Positions 25,831 through 39,120 are shown, numbered from the stretch's first letter. The stretch is 64,000 nt of DNA from Malacoraja senta (GCA_038087875.1 CM075996.1:7194001-7258000), one strand, 5' to 3'. Notes: generated from the sequence alone by a model not told the origin. Translations and numbers: made by a program.

Positions 25831-25858
25831 CTGAAGAAGGGTTTCGGCCCGAAACGTT
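25831..25858 (+). ncRNA. Minimal hammerhead motif, UUCG-loop variant (same core at 41231 and 58909 on +, 58385-58412 on -)
   Basis: CTGAAGA-A-GGGT-TTCG-GCCC-GAAA-CGTT; GUU triplet. Confidence 0.65.
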
Positions 25859-28800
25859 ACCTATTTCCTTCGCTCCATAGATGCTGCTGCACCCGCTGAG
25901 TTTCTCCAGCATTTTTGTGTACCAGCTAAATCTAACGGGGTCGGTGGACACTTGCGTAAGTTGGATGTTTAGAGATACAGTGCAGAAAAACAGGCCCTTC
26001 GGCCAGCCGAGTCCGTGCCGCCCAGCGATGCCCGCACACTAACACTTTCCTAACATACACACACGCCTAGTACCGTTTACAATTTTATCGAGGCCAGTTA
26101 ACCTATAAACCTGCATTCCTTAGGGGTGTGGGAGGAAACCGGAGCACCCGGTTAGACCAGCGTTTTGTGTCTATCATGAACTAATCTATGATGGGACTGG
26201 GAATATAACCGCTGCACCACACTCATCCCCCACCCCAACCCCACGGTTCATCTCTGGCCATTGGCACCCGGAGATCACTCCACCGTTTAACCAGCCTCCC
26301 CGCCCCTCTCTCCTTCCCCCCCCACCCCCACCCCCCACTCCCCACTGACTGGAATCGCATCCTTAGGAATGTTGCATTTGTGCGTTATCTTATCACCGCC
26401 TCGCGATGCCCTGGGGAACAGAGCAAGCAGATGAATGTCTGAAACGCCTAAGCTGTGCAAGCAACCAAACCCCCCCCCCACCATGCACGCACAGCAAGAT
26501 CCCACAATGAGCAAGCAACTCACCCCCCCCTTCCTTTCGGTTGAAAGGAGACGGGCCAAGAACCCGAGTTCGATCCTGACTAAGGGGGCTGTCTGTACGG
26601 AGTTTCCACGTTCTCCCCGTGACCTGCGTGGGTTTTTCTCCGAGACCTTCTGTTTCCTCCCACACTCCAAAGACGTACAGGTTTGTAGGTTTATTGGCTT
26701 GGTATAACATTGTGAAAATTATCCCTAGTGTGTGCAGGACAGTGTTAATGTGTGGGGATTGCTGGTCGGCGCAGACTCGGTGGGCCGAAGGGCCTGTTTC
26801 CGTGCTGTATCTCTAAACTAACTTGGATTAATTGATATAATTAGTGTACCATCATGTACCGAACCCAAATACCACCAACCCTGGTCGTGTGGCAAATAAA
26901 GATTCTATCTATCTATCTATATAGTGTTGATATAGGGCCTATTTGTAATATAACTTCATCTGTATTGCCACAAAACTTGGGCCTACTTGCAATTTAGCTC
27001 CAATCACATTGTTATAGAATTTAGTTTCGAGATACAGCACGGAAACACACACACTCGGGACAATTTACACTTTATACCAAGCCAATTAACCTACAAACCT
27101 GTACATCTTTGGAATGAGGGAGGAAACCGAAGGTCTGGGAGAAAACCCACACGGTCACGGGGAGAACGCACAAACTCCCTACAGACAGCACCCGTAGTCG
27201 GGATTGAACCCGGGTCTCCAGCGATGCAAGTGCTGTAAGACAGCAACTCTACCGCTGCGCCACCCTTTGGGGCTACAAATTTGGCGGCTACAATACAATA
27301 GACAATAGACGACAGGTGCAGGAGTAGGCCATTCGGCCCTTCCAGCCATGTACAGCTCCATATATTTCCTAAATACGTAGAAGGAAATCCTTTGGCCATG
27401 GCATAATTATCTAACCCAGAACTATCCCATTCCCCCACCTATATTCCTCGTAAACAGTTTCCCCCACATTCAACTTCTTTCTGCCCACTAACCTACACAC
27501 TTGGGGCAACTTAGTGTCCAACTGACCTACTAATACCCAGTGATGCAGCGGTAGAGTTGCTGCCTCACAGCGCCAGAGACCCAAGTTTGATCCTGACCAC
27601 GGGTGCTGTCTGTACGGAGTTTGCTCGTTCTGCCCCTGACCTGCGTGGGTTTCCTCCAGGAGCCCCGGTTTCCTCCCACACTCCGAAGACGTGCAGGTTT
27701 GTAGGTTAATTGGCTCGGGTAAAAATCGTAAATTGTCCCTGGTGTGTGCAGGATAGTATTAGTGTCGCAGGTCGGCACGGGCTCGATGGGCCGATGGGGG
27801 GTCTGTTTCCGCGCTGTATCTCTAAACTAAACGTGCAAACTGCGCACAGTCAGCGCCCCGTAGTCGGGATCGGACCCGGGGGTCTCTGGTGCTGTGAGGC
27901 AGCAACTCTTGGCATTGAGCAAGGATGGCATGCTGAGGTTGAGGCAAACGTTATATCAAACGGCCACCTCAAAGCCCAAAGAATATTTACAACTTCAAAA
28001 AAAAGACCATTCAGTTCATCAAGTCGGCAACACTCAGCAGAATTTGATAGCAACAGAGAATTATAACACGGAGACATCCCTGAATGAAAACAAAATCTTC
28101 CAGGCAAACAGAGCAATCTATGGGTGAATGGATTGAAGTTGTTGGGAGGCATAGATAGGGTAGACAGCCCGAGCCTTTTTCCTCAGGGTGGAAATCTCAA
28201 AGACTGAATTATTTACGAGGATGTTGCCAGGACTAGAGGGTGTGAGCTATAGGGAGAGGTTGAGCAGGCCGGGTCTCTATTCCTTGGAGCGCAGGAGGGC
28301 GGATGAGGTGTGATCTTATAGAGTTGTGTACAATCTTAAGGAGAATAGATCGGGTACATGCACAGTCTCTTGCCCAGAGTAGGGGAATCGAGGACCAGAA
28401 GAGGTGAAGGGGAAAAGATTTAATAGGAATCTGAGTGGTAACGTTTTCACACAAAGGGTGTGGGTGTATGGAACAAGCTGCCCAGAGGAGGTAGTTGAGG
28501 CTGGGACTATCCCAACGTTTAAGAAGCAGTTAGACAGGTACATGGATGGGACAGGTTTGGAGGGATATGGACCAAGCGCAGGCAGGTGGGAATCGTGTAG
28601 ATGGGGCATGTTGGCCGGTGTGGGCAAGTTGGGTTTTGGTTTCTGGAATGTTAACTGATGTGCCACACCTTAATACTCAATTTGGATTATATCAAAGTTC
28701 AATTAAATTGCAATTCCCTGAAAGTAGCGTCACTTCCTGAAAAGTGGCATCACAGGTACAGTTTACAGTTTAGTTTATTGTCACGTGTACTGAGCTACAG

Positions 28801-31259
28801 TGAAAAGCTTTTGTTGCGTGCTAACCAGTCAGCGGAAAGACAATACATGATTACAATCGAGCCATTTTCAGTGTACAGATACATAAGGGTATACAAAAGT
28901 GCTGGAGAAACTCAGCGGGTGAGGCAGCATCTAAGGAGCGAAGGAAATAGGCAACTTTTCGGGCCAAAACCCTTCTTCAGACTGGTAAGGGTATAACGTT
29001 TAGTGCAAGGTAAAGCCAGCAAAGTCCGATCAAAGATAGTCCAAGGGGGTAGATAGTAGTTCAGGAGTGCTCTCTGGTTTTGGCCAGGGTGGTTCAGTTG
29101 CCTGATACCTGCTGGAAGGTAGCTCAGGTGGTCATAGACAAATAGACAATAGACAATAGGTGCAGGAGTAGGCCATTCGGCCCTTCGAGCCAGCACCCCC
29201 ATTCAATGTGATCATGGCTGATCATCCACAATCAGTATCCCGTTCCTGCCTTCTCCCCCATATCTCCTGACTCCGCTATCAAGAAGGCTTTCTGTACATT
29301 GGCCTTCATCAGTCAGGGTATCGAGTACAGATAGACACAAAGCGCTGGAGTAACTCAGTGGGTCAGGCAGCATTTCTGGAGAAAAAGGAATAGGTGGTTG
29401 GATGTGTAGGAAGGAACTGGGATGTTATAAACAGTTGTACAAGACGTTGGTGAGGCCACATTAGGAGTATTGTCTTTAGTTTTGGTCACCCCCCCCCCCC
29501 CTTGTATAAAGGATTTTGTCAAGCTGGAAAGAGTGGAGAGAAGATTTACAAAGATGTTGCCAGGACACGAAGGCCTGATGTATAGGGAGAGGTTGAGCAG
29601 GCCGGGACTTTGGTCCTTGGGGCCCAGGAGGCTGAGGGGTGACCTTAAAGCAGTGTATAAAATCATGACAGGAATAGGTAGGGTCAAAGCACAGGTTCTT
29701 TGGGGAATCAAGAAGCAGAGAACAGTTTAACGGGAGAGGGGAAAGATTCAATTAGGAACCCAAGGGGCAGCTTTTTCACACAGAGAGTGTTGTGTATATA
29801 GACAGAGGTACCGGAGCAGGTAGTTGAGGCAGGTATTATAACAACATTCAAAAGACACCTGGACAGGTACATGGATAGGACAGGTTTAGAGGGGTATGGT
29901 CCAAATCCAGGCAGGTGTGACCAATAGAGATAGGGCACGTTGGTCGACATGGGCAAGTTGGGCCGAAGGGCCTGTTTCTTTTGTCTCCCTCTCTCTCTCC
30001 TCCCTCCCCCGAAAAGGGGGTCCCGACTCACAACGTCACCTCTCCCTGTTCTCCAAAGATGCTGCCTGACCCGCTGAGTAACTCCAGCACTTTGTGTCGG
30101 AACTTGTCGACGTTCTATGTTCAATAAGCAAAACCAGGGGCGTCGCGGTGGCACAGCGGTAGAGTTGCGGCCTTACAGCGCCAGAGACCCGGGTTCGATC
30201 CTGACTACGGGTGCTGTCTGTACGGAGTTTGTACGTCCTCCCGTGACCCGGTGCGTTTTCTCTGAGATCTTCGTTTCCTCCCACACTCCAAAGACGTGCA
30301 AAGTTTGTGGGTTAATTGGCTTGGTGTACGTGTAAATTGTCCCGTGTGTGTAGGGCGGTGTTAATGTGCGGGGATCGCTGGTCGGCGCGGACTCGGTGGG
30401 CCGAGGGGCCTGTTTCCGCGCTGTATCTCTTTAAACTAAACTAATAAGCAACCCAGCTATCCTCATTTCCAGCTTTCTCCCCCATCAATCAGTCGCAAGA
30501 GACACAAGAAACTGCAGATGCAGATTTACAAAAAAAATGACACAAAGTGCTGGAGTAACTCAGCGGATCAAGCAGCACCTCTGGAGAACATGTATAGGTA
30601 ATGTTTGAAGGTCACAACCCCAAGCATCACCTATTCACGTTCTCCAGCGGGTAGAGCTGCTGCCTCACAGCGCCCGAGACCCGGGTTCGTTCCTGACCAC
30701 GGCCGCTGTCCGTACGGAGTTTGTACGTTCTCCATGTGTGACCGTGTGGGTTTTCTCCGGGTGCTCCGGTTTCCTCCCACATTCCAAAAGCATGCAGGTT
30801 TCTAGGTTAATTGGCTTCTGTAAACTTGTAACTTGTCAAGGGCCTGTCCCACTGTACGAGGTAATTCAAGAGTTCTCCCGAGTTCCCCTTGATTCGAACT
30901 GGGAGAATTACGGAAATAGCCGTTCGTAGGTCATCGGGGCTCCCGTGGACATTTTTCACAGTGCTGAAACTACTTCACGAGTTACCGCGTTTCCCCCGAG
31001 TACCTGCCGTCAGCGTTACGAGCCGCTACGGGACATCCACGAGCTCCGACGTAGCCGCTACGTACTTACCACGAGTTTAATTGTTTTAAAACTCGGGAGA
31101 GCTCTTGAATTACCTCGTACAGTGGGACAGGCCCTTAACTTGTCTCCAAGTGTATGTAGGATAGATAGTGCTAGTGTACGGGTGATCGCTGTTCGGCACA
31201 GACTCGGTGGGACGAAGGGCCATTTTCCACCTTGTATCTCTACACCAATCTAATCAAGT

Positions 31260-31287
31260 CTGAGGAAGGGTCTCGACCCGAAACGTC
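31260..31287 (+). ncRNA. Minimal type I hammerhead ribozyme motif (Penelope-type), representative intact copy
   Basis: CTGAGGA-A-GGGTC-TC-GACCC-GAAA-CGTC: CUGANGA core, stem II, GAAA, palindromic ACGT stem III, GUC cleavage triplet. Confidence 0.7.
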
Positions 31288-34200
31288 ACCCATTCCTTCT
31301 CTCCAGAGATGCTGCCTGCATCCAAGTTACTCCGGCAGTTCGTATCTGTCTAAAGTTGTCAACTCATTAGATTGCAGCCTGATCTTGGATACAAAATGCT
31401 GAAGTAACTCAGCGGGCCAGGCAGCATCTCCGGAGAGAAGGAATGGGTGACGTTTTTGGGTCGAGACCCTTCTGATCTTGTTCTGTAGTCATCGATTACG
31501 CGAACACTACTTTTTCTACTCGATAAGCTCTTTAAATAGTTGTCCGCTCACTCACCAACTGCAGCCTGCTGTTGCGCCACAGCAGATTTTTTTTTTAAAT
31601 TCTGTAAACAAAGTTTAATCTACTGGGAGAGAGGAGCCTTAATTGCAGTGCTGGGCGAGTTTGCAGTTAGCACAAATACAAAGAGCAATCTTCAATCAAA
31701 CACAACCCCCTCAACTTTTGACAACACTTCAAGAACCACCCGCTCCCTCCTCCTTTAACAAGGTGCTTAGGCTTGTCGTTTGGCGAGTTATGGACAGGCC
31801 GGGAGAAAAATAAAATGCTTTCCCACCCATGTGGGACCTTCGAACCCAAGTGCTGGAAACTTGCCACAGGGCGATCGACGAGGGGGGGGCAGAGCGAGGC
31901 TCAGATCCTGAATAGGTCAAGGGTCACACAACCAGGCGCGGCCCAACCCCGAGTGCACGGTTGCCATTCAATAAAAATAAAAGGTAGAAAAACAGGAAAT
32001 GCACAGTGGTTTTAGAAAAAAAAGAGACACACAGAAAAAAAATGCTTGCTGCTGTTTGCGGGTGGGGGACTGATTCTTCTATGAGGAATAGATCGTGTAG
32101 ATGCACTACCACGCATTCTCTTGCCCAGAGTTGGGGAAATCGAGGAATCAGAGGACATTGGTTTAAGGTGAAGGGGAAAAGGTTTAATAGGATTGTGAGG
32201 GGGTAACTTTTTACACACTTACACTCACACACTCGCTTACACACACACGCTTACACACACACACACGCTTACACACGCTTACACACAGAGAGGTGGGTGT
32301 GTGGAACGAACTAATAGTGAGGAGGTAGTTGAGGCAGGGACAATCGCAACGTTTGGACAGTTGGACAGGTACATAGATAGTCTGAAGAAGGGTCTCGACC
32401 TGAAACGTCGCCCATTCCTTCTCTGCAGAGATGCTGCCTGTCCCGCTGAGTTGCTCCAGCATTTTGTGTCTACATGGATAGGACAGGTTTGGGACTAGTG
32501 TAGCTGGGACAGGTTGGCCAATGTGGGCAAGTTGGGCCGAAGGGCCGGTCTCCACGCTGTATAACTCCACGACTCCTACCACAGGCTTCTGGGGCAGAGT
32601 TGCAGCGTTTCGAGGAGCTCAGAAGGCTTCGGAAACGTTGCATGACGGCTCATATTTAAACATGGCCGTCGTCGCTCAGATGGCGCTGAACATCCCCGAT
32701 GTTGTTTCGGGTCACCTTACTTCAGTTTAGTTCATTCATTATTGTCACCGGCACCGAGGTACAGTGAAAATATTTGGGGCCCTGCCTGACCCAGTCCGCA
32801 CACCCCCGAACACTGCTCCTACCCAGGACTCCGAGACTCCCCTCTCGGAAGGCTTCGTTTAACGGGGGCACAAGGCCCCGTATCCGAGGAAGGATGTGCT
32901 GGCGCTGGAGAGGGTCCAGAGGAGGTTTACGAGAATGAGTGGGTCAACTCATGTAATGTGCGTTTGACGGCACTGGGCCTGCCTGTACTTGCTGGAGCTT
33001 AGAAGGATGACGGGGGTCGGGGGAACCTCATTGAAACTAACCAAATAATGAAAGGCCTGGATAGAGTGGACGTGAAAAGGATGTTTCCACTAGTGGGAGA
33101 GTCTAAGACCAGAGGACGGTCCTTTAAGGAGGAACTTCTTTAATCAGAGGGTGGTGAATCTGTGGAATTCATTGCCACAGATGGCTATGGAGGCCAAGTC
33201 AATGGATATTTTTAAGACAGAGATAGATTCTTGATTAGTACGGGTGTCAGGGGTTATGACGAGAAGGCAGGAGAATGGGGTTAGGAGGGAGAGATAGATC
33301 AGCCATGATTGAATGGCAGAGTAGACTTGATAGGCTGAATGGCCTAATTCTGCTCCTATCACTTATGATCTGCAGATGCTGGAATCTCGAGGTGACTTTT
33401 TACAGCCAGAGGCCCGGGTTCGATCCTGATCTCGGGTGCTGTCTGAATGGAGTTTGTACGTTCCCCCAGTGTGACCGCGTGGGACTCCTCCGGGTGCTCA
33501 GGTTTCCTCCCACACTCCGAAGGCGTGCAGGGTTGTAGGTTAATTGGCTTTGGTAAAAATTGTAAATTGTCCCAAGTGTGTGTGTGTGTAGGGTAGTAAA
33601 CGTGTGTGGGGGGCGCGGACACGGTGGGCCGAAGGGCCTGTTTCCGCGCTGTATCTCTAAAGTAAACTTCTACCATCAAAGAGGAACGGGAAGGAGGGGC
33701 ATGGGACCTGTAGAGTCCCCTCCAAGTCACACATCATTCATCATCAACTGGGCTAGCATGGGGAGGTTGTGATGAAGGGCCCGTTTCCTTGCTTTGACTC
33801 TACAAGTCCAAACTTGGAACTCCACTCCCCAATAACACTTTTACTTTAGTTTAGAGATAGGGCATGCAGACAGGCCATTCGGCCCACCGAGGCCATGCTG
33901 ACTATCAATTACCCGTTCACTAGTTCTATGTTAGACAATAGACAATAGGTGCAGGAGTAGGCCATTCGGCCCTTCGAGCCAGCACCGCCATTCATGGCTG
34001 ATCATCCCCAATCAGTACCCCGTTCCTGCCTTCTCCCCATATCCCCTGACTTTGAGCTTTGAGCCCACATTATCTCACTTTCACTCCCTCCACACTGGGG
34101 GAAATTTACAGAAGCCAATTAACCTACAAACCTGCACGCCTTTGGAATACAGTTTAGAGAATACAGCGCAGAAACAGGCCCTTCGGCCCAGCGAGTCTGC

Positions 34201-34563
34201 GCCGACCAGCGATCCCCGCACCCTAACACTATCCCACACGCACGGGACAATTTACAATTTTTACAGAAGCCAGTTAACCTGCAAACCTGCACGTCTTCGG
34301 AGTGTGGGAGGAAACCGGAGCACCCGGAGAAAACCCACGCAGGTCACAGGGAGAACGTGCAAACTCCGCACAGACAGCAGCCGAGGTCAGGGTGAACCCG
34401 GGTATCTGGCGTGGTGAGGCAGCAGCTCTTCCCGCTGCGCCACCGCGCCACTTAGAAGCACGTTGACCAGAATAAACACCACCGTACATGGTGGGAGTTA
34501 ACTTTCAGACTCAACGAGGAGTGGGCAACAAAGGATGCCAGAATCCAAAAGGACAATCACATA

Positions 34564-36209
34564 CTGCGCCCTCCATAATGTTTGGGACAAAAACCCATCA
34601 TTTATTTATTTGCCTCTGTACTCCACAATTTGAGATTATTAATAGAAAAAAATCACATGTGGTTAAAATGCACATTGTCAGATTTTAATAAAGGCCATTT
34701 TTATACATTTTGGTTTCACCATGTAGAAATTACAGCAGTGTTTATACATAGTCCCCCCATTTCAGGGCAGCATAATGTTTGGGACACATGGCTTCACAGG
34801 CGTCTGTAATTGCTCAGGTGTGTTTAATTGCCTCCTTAATGCAGGTATAAGAGAGCTCTCAGCACCTAGTCTTTCCTCCCGTCTTTCCATCACCTTTGGA
34901 AACTTTTACTGCTGTTTATCAACATGAGGACCAAGGTTGTGCCAATGAAAGTCAAAGAAGCCATTATGAGACTGAGAAACAAGAATAAAACTGTTAGGGA
35001 CATCAGCCAACCCTTAGACGTACCAAAATCAACTGTTTGTAACATTAAGAAGAAAGAGAGCACTGGTGAGCTTACTAATTGCAAAGGGACTGGCAGGCCA
35101 AGGAAGACCTCCACAGCTGATGACAGAAGAATTCTCTCTGTAATAAAGAAAAATCCCCAAACACCTGTCCGACAGATCAGAAACACGCTTCAGGAGTCAG
35201 GTGTGGATTTGTCAATGACCACTGTACGCAGAAGACTTCATGAACAGAAATACAGAGGCTACACTGCAAGATGCAAACCACTGGTTAGCCGCAAAAATAG
35301 GATGGCCAAGTTACAGTTTGCCAAGAAGTACTTAAAAGAGCAACCACAGTTCTGGAAAAAGGTCTTGTGGACAGATGAGATGAAGATTAACATATATCAG
35401 ATTGATGACAAGAGCAAAGTATGGAGGAAAAAAGGAACTGCCCAAGATCCAAAGCATACCACTTCATCTGTGAAATGGTGGTGGGGGTGTTATGGCCTGG
35501 GCATGTATGGCTGCTGAAGGTACTGGTTCACTTATCTTCATTGATGATACAACTGCTGATGGTAGTAGCATAATGAATTCTGAAGTGTATACACACATCC
35601 TATCTGCTCAAGTTCAAACAAATGCCTCAAAACTCATTGGCCGGCGGTTCATTCTACAGCAAGACAATGATCCCAAACATACTGTTAAAGCAACAAAGGA
35701 GTTTTTCAAAGCTCGTCAATTCTTGAGTGGCCAAGTCAATCACCCGATCTGAACCCAATTGAGCATGCCGTTTATATGCTGAAGAGAAAACTGAAGGGGA
35801 CTAGCCCCCAAAACAAACATAAGCTAAAGATGGCTGCAATACAGGCCTGGCAGATCATCACCAGAGAAGACACCCAGCAACTGGTGATGTCCATGAATCG
35901 CAGACTTCAAGCAGTCATTGCATGCAGAGGATATGCTTACAAAATACTAAACATGACTACTTTCATTTACATGACATTGCTGTGTCCCAAACATTATGGT
36001 GCCCTGAAATGGGGGGACTATGTATAAACACTGCTGTAATTTCTACATGGTGAAACCAAAATGTATAAAAAATTGCCTTTATTAAAATCTGACAACGTGC
36101 ACTTTAACCACATGTGATTTTTTTTTTCTATTACAAATCTCAAATAGTGGAGTACAGAGGAAAATAAATAAATTATGGCTCTTTGCCTCAAACATTATGG
36201 AGGGCACTG
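34564..36209 (+). mobile_element. Tc1/mariner DNA transposon, IR/DR type, near full length (1646 bp)
   Basis: TA on both flanks (34562-34563, 36210-36211). TIRs of about 225 bp (34564-34786 and 35983-36209), each with inner and outer CATAATGTTTGGGACA-type direct repeats. Confidence 0.95.
34924..35950 (+). pseudogene. Tc1 transposase, frameshifted
   Basis: GRPRKT linker and catalytic motifs VLWTDE, QQDNDPKH and SPDLNPIEH, split across ORFs 34924-35517, 35492-35752 and 35776-36027. Frameshifts at about 35475 and 35712. Confidence 0.92.
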
Positions 36210-37964
36210 TAGGTTTTCAATAGGAAAAACAGAAGGAACTAGGCCACAAAGAAATACCAAGGCAATCGGGGATGTACAGTAAGATGCATCTCAGTCACTC
36301 CCTCTTCAGCTCTCCCCCATCAGGCAAGAGGTACAGAAGTTTGAAAACGCACACCTCCAGATTGAGGGACAGTTTCTTCCCGGCTGTTATCAGGCAACTG
36401 AACCATCCTACCAAGAACTAGCATACAGCCCTGGCCTCAGTGGAGACCCCCGAACTATCTTTGATTGGACTTTATCTTGCACCAAATGTTATTCCCTTCA
36501 TCCTGTACGTGTACACCGTGGACGGTCTGATTGAGATCAGGCAAGTGTAGGGACGAAATGCAGATGCTGGTTTACACCGAAGGTAGACACAAATCGCTGG
36601 AGTAACTCAGCGAGGACAGGCAACATCTCTGGAGAGAAGGAATCGGTGACGTTTCGGGTCGAGACCCTTCTTCTGTCTGTTGTTCGTGCGAAGAAGGGTC
36701 CCAACCCGAAACGTCACCGATTCCTTCTCTCCAGAGATGCTGCCCGACCCGTACAATCAAGTGTGATCTTCACGCTGACTGGATAGCGCACAACAAGAAA
36801 CCTATTCGCTGCAGGAAGGGACTGCAGACGCTGGTTTACAACTGAAGATAGACACAAAACAGCTGGAGTAACTCAGCGGGACAGGCAGCATCTCTGGAGA
36901 GAAGGAATGGGTGACGTTTCGTGTCGAGACCCTCCTTCAGACGGCAGTACCTCAGTAGACGTGACAACAATGAACTAAACTAGACCAGTGGTATGAAATG
37001 GAGCAAGGGTGTATACCAACACATGGCACTGATTCTGGATGATCAGCCATGATCATATTGAATGGCGGTGCTGGCTCAAAAGGGCCGAATGGCCTACTCC
37101 AGCACCTACTTTCTATGTTTCACATTTCAGAGCAAGACGCTGAAAACCCGAAACTAAAACAGAAACTCCAAAAGCCACTTGATTCTAGTGCGGAGGGGGG
37201 GGGGGGATGATAGACATTATTTCCCCTCTCCACAGACGCTGCCCAACCTGCTGAGTGCTTCCAACATGTTGTTTCTGTTGGCGAGGCCTCTGACTAATGG
37301 CTCAACCTTCTCCCCACTGCCACATGGAAGGATGCACTAGCCACATATGGCCAAGGTACCCTCCTCAACACTTCACCCCAGGCACTCTGCCCAAGAACAT
37401 TGTTACCTTTAAACCCCACACCACACTCTCAACAATAAAAGCAGCAGCAGCAGCAGTCCACCCAAAACACAGCCTCCAATTTTCAAATTACATTACCCCA
37501 TTACATTTTAGAATAAAAATGTCTTTTGAACGAGTGGAATTTTTGTTTTTAAACGTTTAGAATAATAAAAAAAAAGTTCTTCAGAACTGCCCGACCTAGG
37601 AAAGGCCTCTTTAAAGTAAATTTAAAGACACTCCTACACCACACAGTCACATAACTAACATCTAGAGGCGATGAGTAAACATGCCTTACTTATTAAACAT
37701 ATTTTTTTTGGGGGGGGGGGGAAAGGAAGGCTGTTTTTAAAGTGTCCCCTGCAGCCTGAGAGAGAGACCCGTGAAGGAGTGAACTCCGGCCGCCAAGTCC
37801 CAGGAGAAAAAAGTTTTTGGAAAACTTTCTCCAAACTTTCTCAGAAGTTTTTTTTTTTTGGGGGGTGGTGGGGGGGGGGGGGGTGTTTTTTTTCCGCTCC
37901 CCCCCCACCCCCCAAAATTCTCTCGCCTCTCTCGCCCGCAAGTTGTTGTTTTTTGTTTTGTTAC

Positions 37965-38063
37965 CTGGATGAACTGGATGGTGAGGGCACTTTTGCCCAC
38001 CCCTCCGCCTCCCACGACCACCAGCTTGTACTTCTCCTGAAGTGCGCCGTCTTTGCCGGACAT
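37965..38063 (-). CDS. RRAS2: R-Ras subfamily small GTPase (RRAS2/TC21-like), coding exon 1
   Basis: Translates [33 protein letters not shown]. The GGGGVGKS P-loop and TIQFIQ are typical of R-Ras/TC21. ATG has A at -3 (ACAATG); exon ends in phase 0 at CAG|GTAACA. RRAS2 versus RRAS is not fully resolved. Confidence 0.9.
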
Positions 38064-38087
38064 TGTCCCGTAGACGCTGGAGCTGGA

Positions 38088-38125
<38 letters not shown>

Positions 38126-38370
38126 GGGCAGAGCCGGGACAAGCTGGGGGGGACGGACACACGCTCTCTGGAGCGCTTACTCTCTTACTCTTTCTCTCTC
38201 TCTGTCTCTCTGGGCTGGGCTCTACACACACATCGATTCCTGCTTGAATGTTAATCGCCACGCAACCCCCCCTTTTGCTTTCAACCGGGCGCTTCCCTTA
38301 TTTGGTGAGCTTCTCAAGGGCGTCCTGCCTGTCGGGCCGGGCAGGGTCCTAAAGACACACTCGCTCTCTG
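38064..38370 (-). promoter_or_regulatory. 5' UTR and proximal promoter of the RRAS2-like gene, with CArG box and ETS core
   Basis: Non-TE, GC-rich sequence directly upstream of the ATG. CCTTATTTGG (CC[A/T]6GG) at 38296-38305 abuts CTTCC (GGAAG on minus) at 38292-38296. (GGGACA)n repeat at about 38087-38124. TSS not determinable. Confidence 0.55.
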
Positions 38371-38371
38371 G

Positions 38372-39073
38372 TCCTCTCTCTCTCTTGGCCTCTCTCTCTC
38401 TCTCTCTCTCTCTCTAACTTTCTCTCTCGTTTTCTTTATTTCTTTCTCTCTCTCTTTTTCTTTCTTTCTTTCTCTCTTTCTTTCTTTCTCTCTCTCTCTT
38501 TCTTTATTTCTTTCTTTCTCTCTCTTTTCCTCTCTCTTGCTCTCTTTTTCTCTATCTCTCTTTTTCTCTTTCTTTCTCTCTCTTTTTTCCCTTTCTTTCT
38601 CTCTCTCTCTCTCTCTTTTGCTCTCTCTTTCTCTTTTTCTCCCTCTCTTTTTCTCTCTCCCTCTTTCTCTCTCTCTCTCATTCTCTCTCTCTCAGTCTTT
38701 CACGCTCTCTCGTTTTCTTTATTTCTTTCTTTCTGTCTCTCGTTTTCTTTATTTCTTTCTTTCTGTCTCTCGTTTTCTTTATTTCTTTCTTTCTCTCTCT
38801 CTTTTTCTCTCTCTTTTCCTCTCTTTTTCTCTCTCTTTCTCTCTCTCTCTCTCTCTTTTTCTTTCTTTCTCTCTCTTTCTTTCTTTCTTTCTTTTCTTTC
38901 TCTCTATTTCCTCTCCTTTTCTCTCTTTCTCTCTCTCTCTATCTCTCTTTTTATTTCTTTCTTTCTTTCTCTCTCTCTCTTTCTTTATTTATTTATTTTC
39001 TTTCTCTCTCTTTTTCTCTCTGCTTTCTCTCTCTCTCTTTATTTATTTCTTTTCTTTCTCTCTCTGCTTTCTT

Positions 39074-39111
<38 letters not shown>

Positions 39112-39120
39112 TCTCTCTCG
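38372..39120. repeat. About 750 bp polypyrimidine/polypurine low-complexity tract (TC/TTTC)
   Basis: Almost only T and C on the + strand; contains a short tandem unit TCTCGTTTTCTTTATTTCTTTCTTTCTGTC at about 38708-38790. Confidence 0.95.

Noticed and set aside
28210..28630. Similarity to 43530-43960 as a segmental duplication
   Set aside because: Similarity is confined to CR1 sequence and the flanks differ, so these are independent copies of one subfamily.
37737..38261. 174 aa minus-strand ORF as the complete Ras protein
   Set aside because: Only 33 codons are Ras-like; the rest is 5' UTR repeat (PVPVPV) and read-through past the GT donor at 37964.
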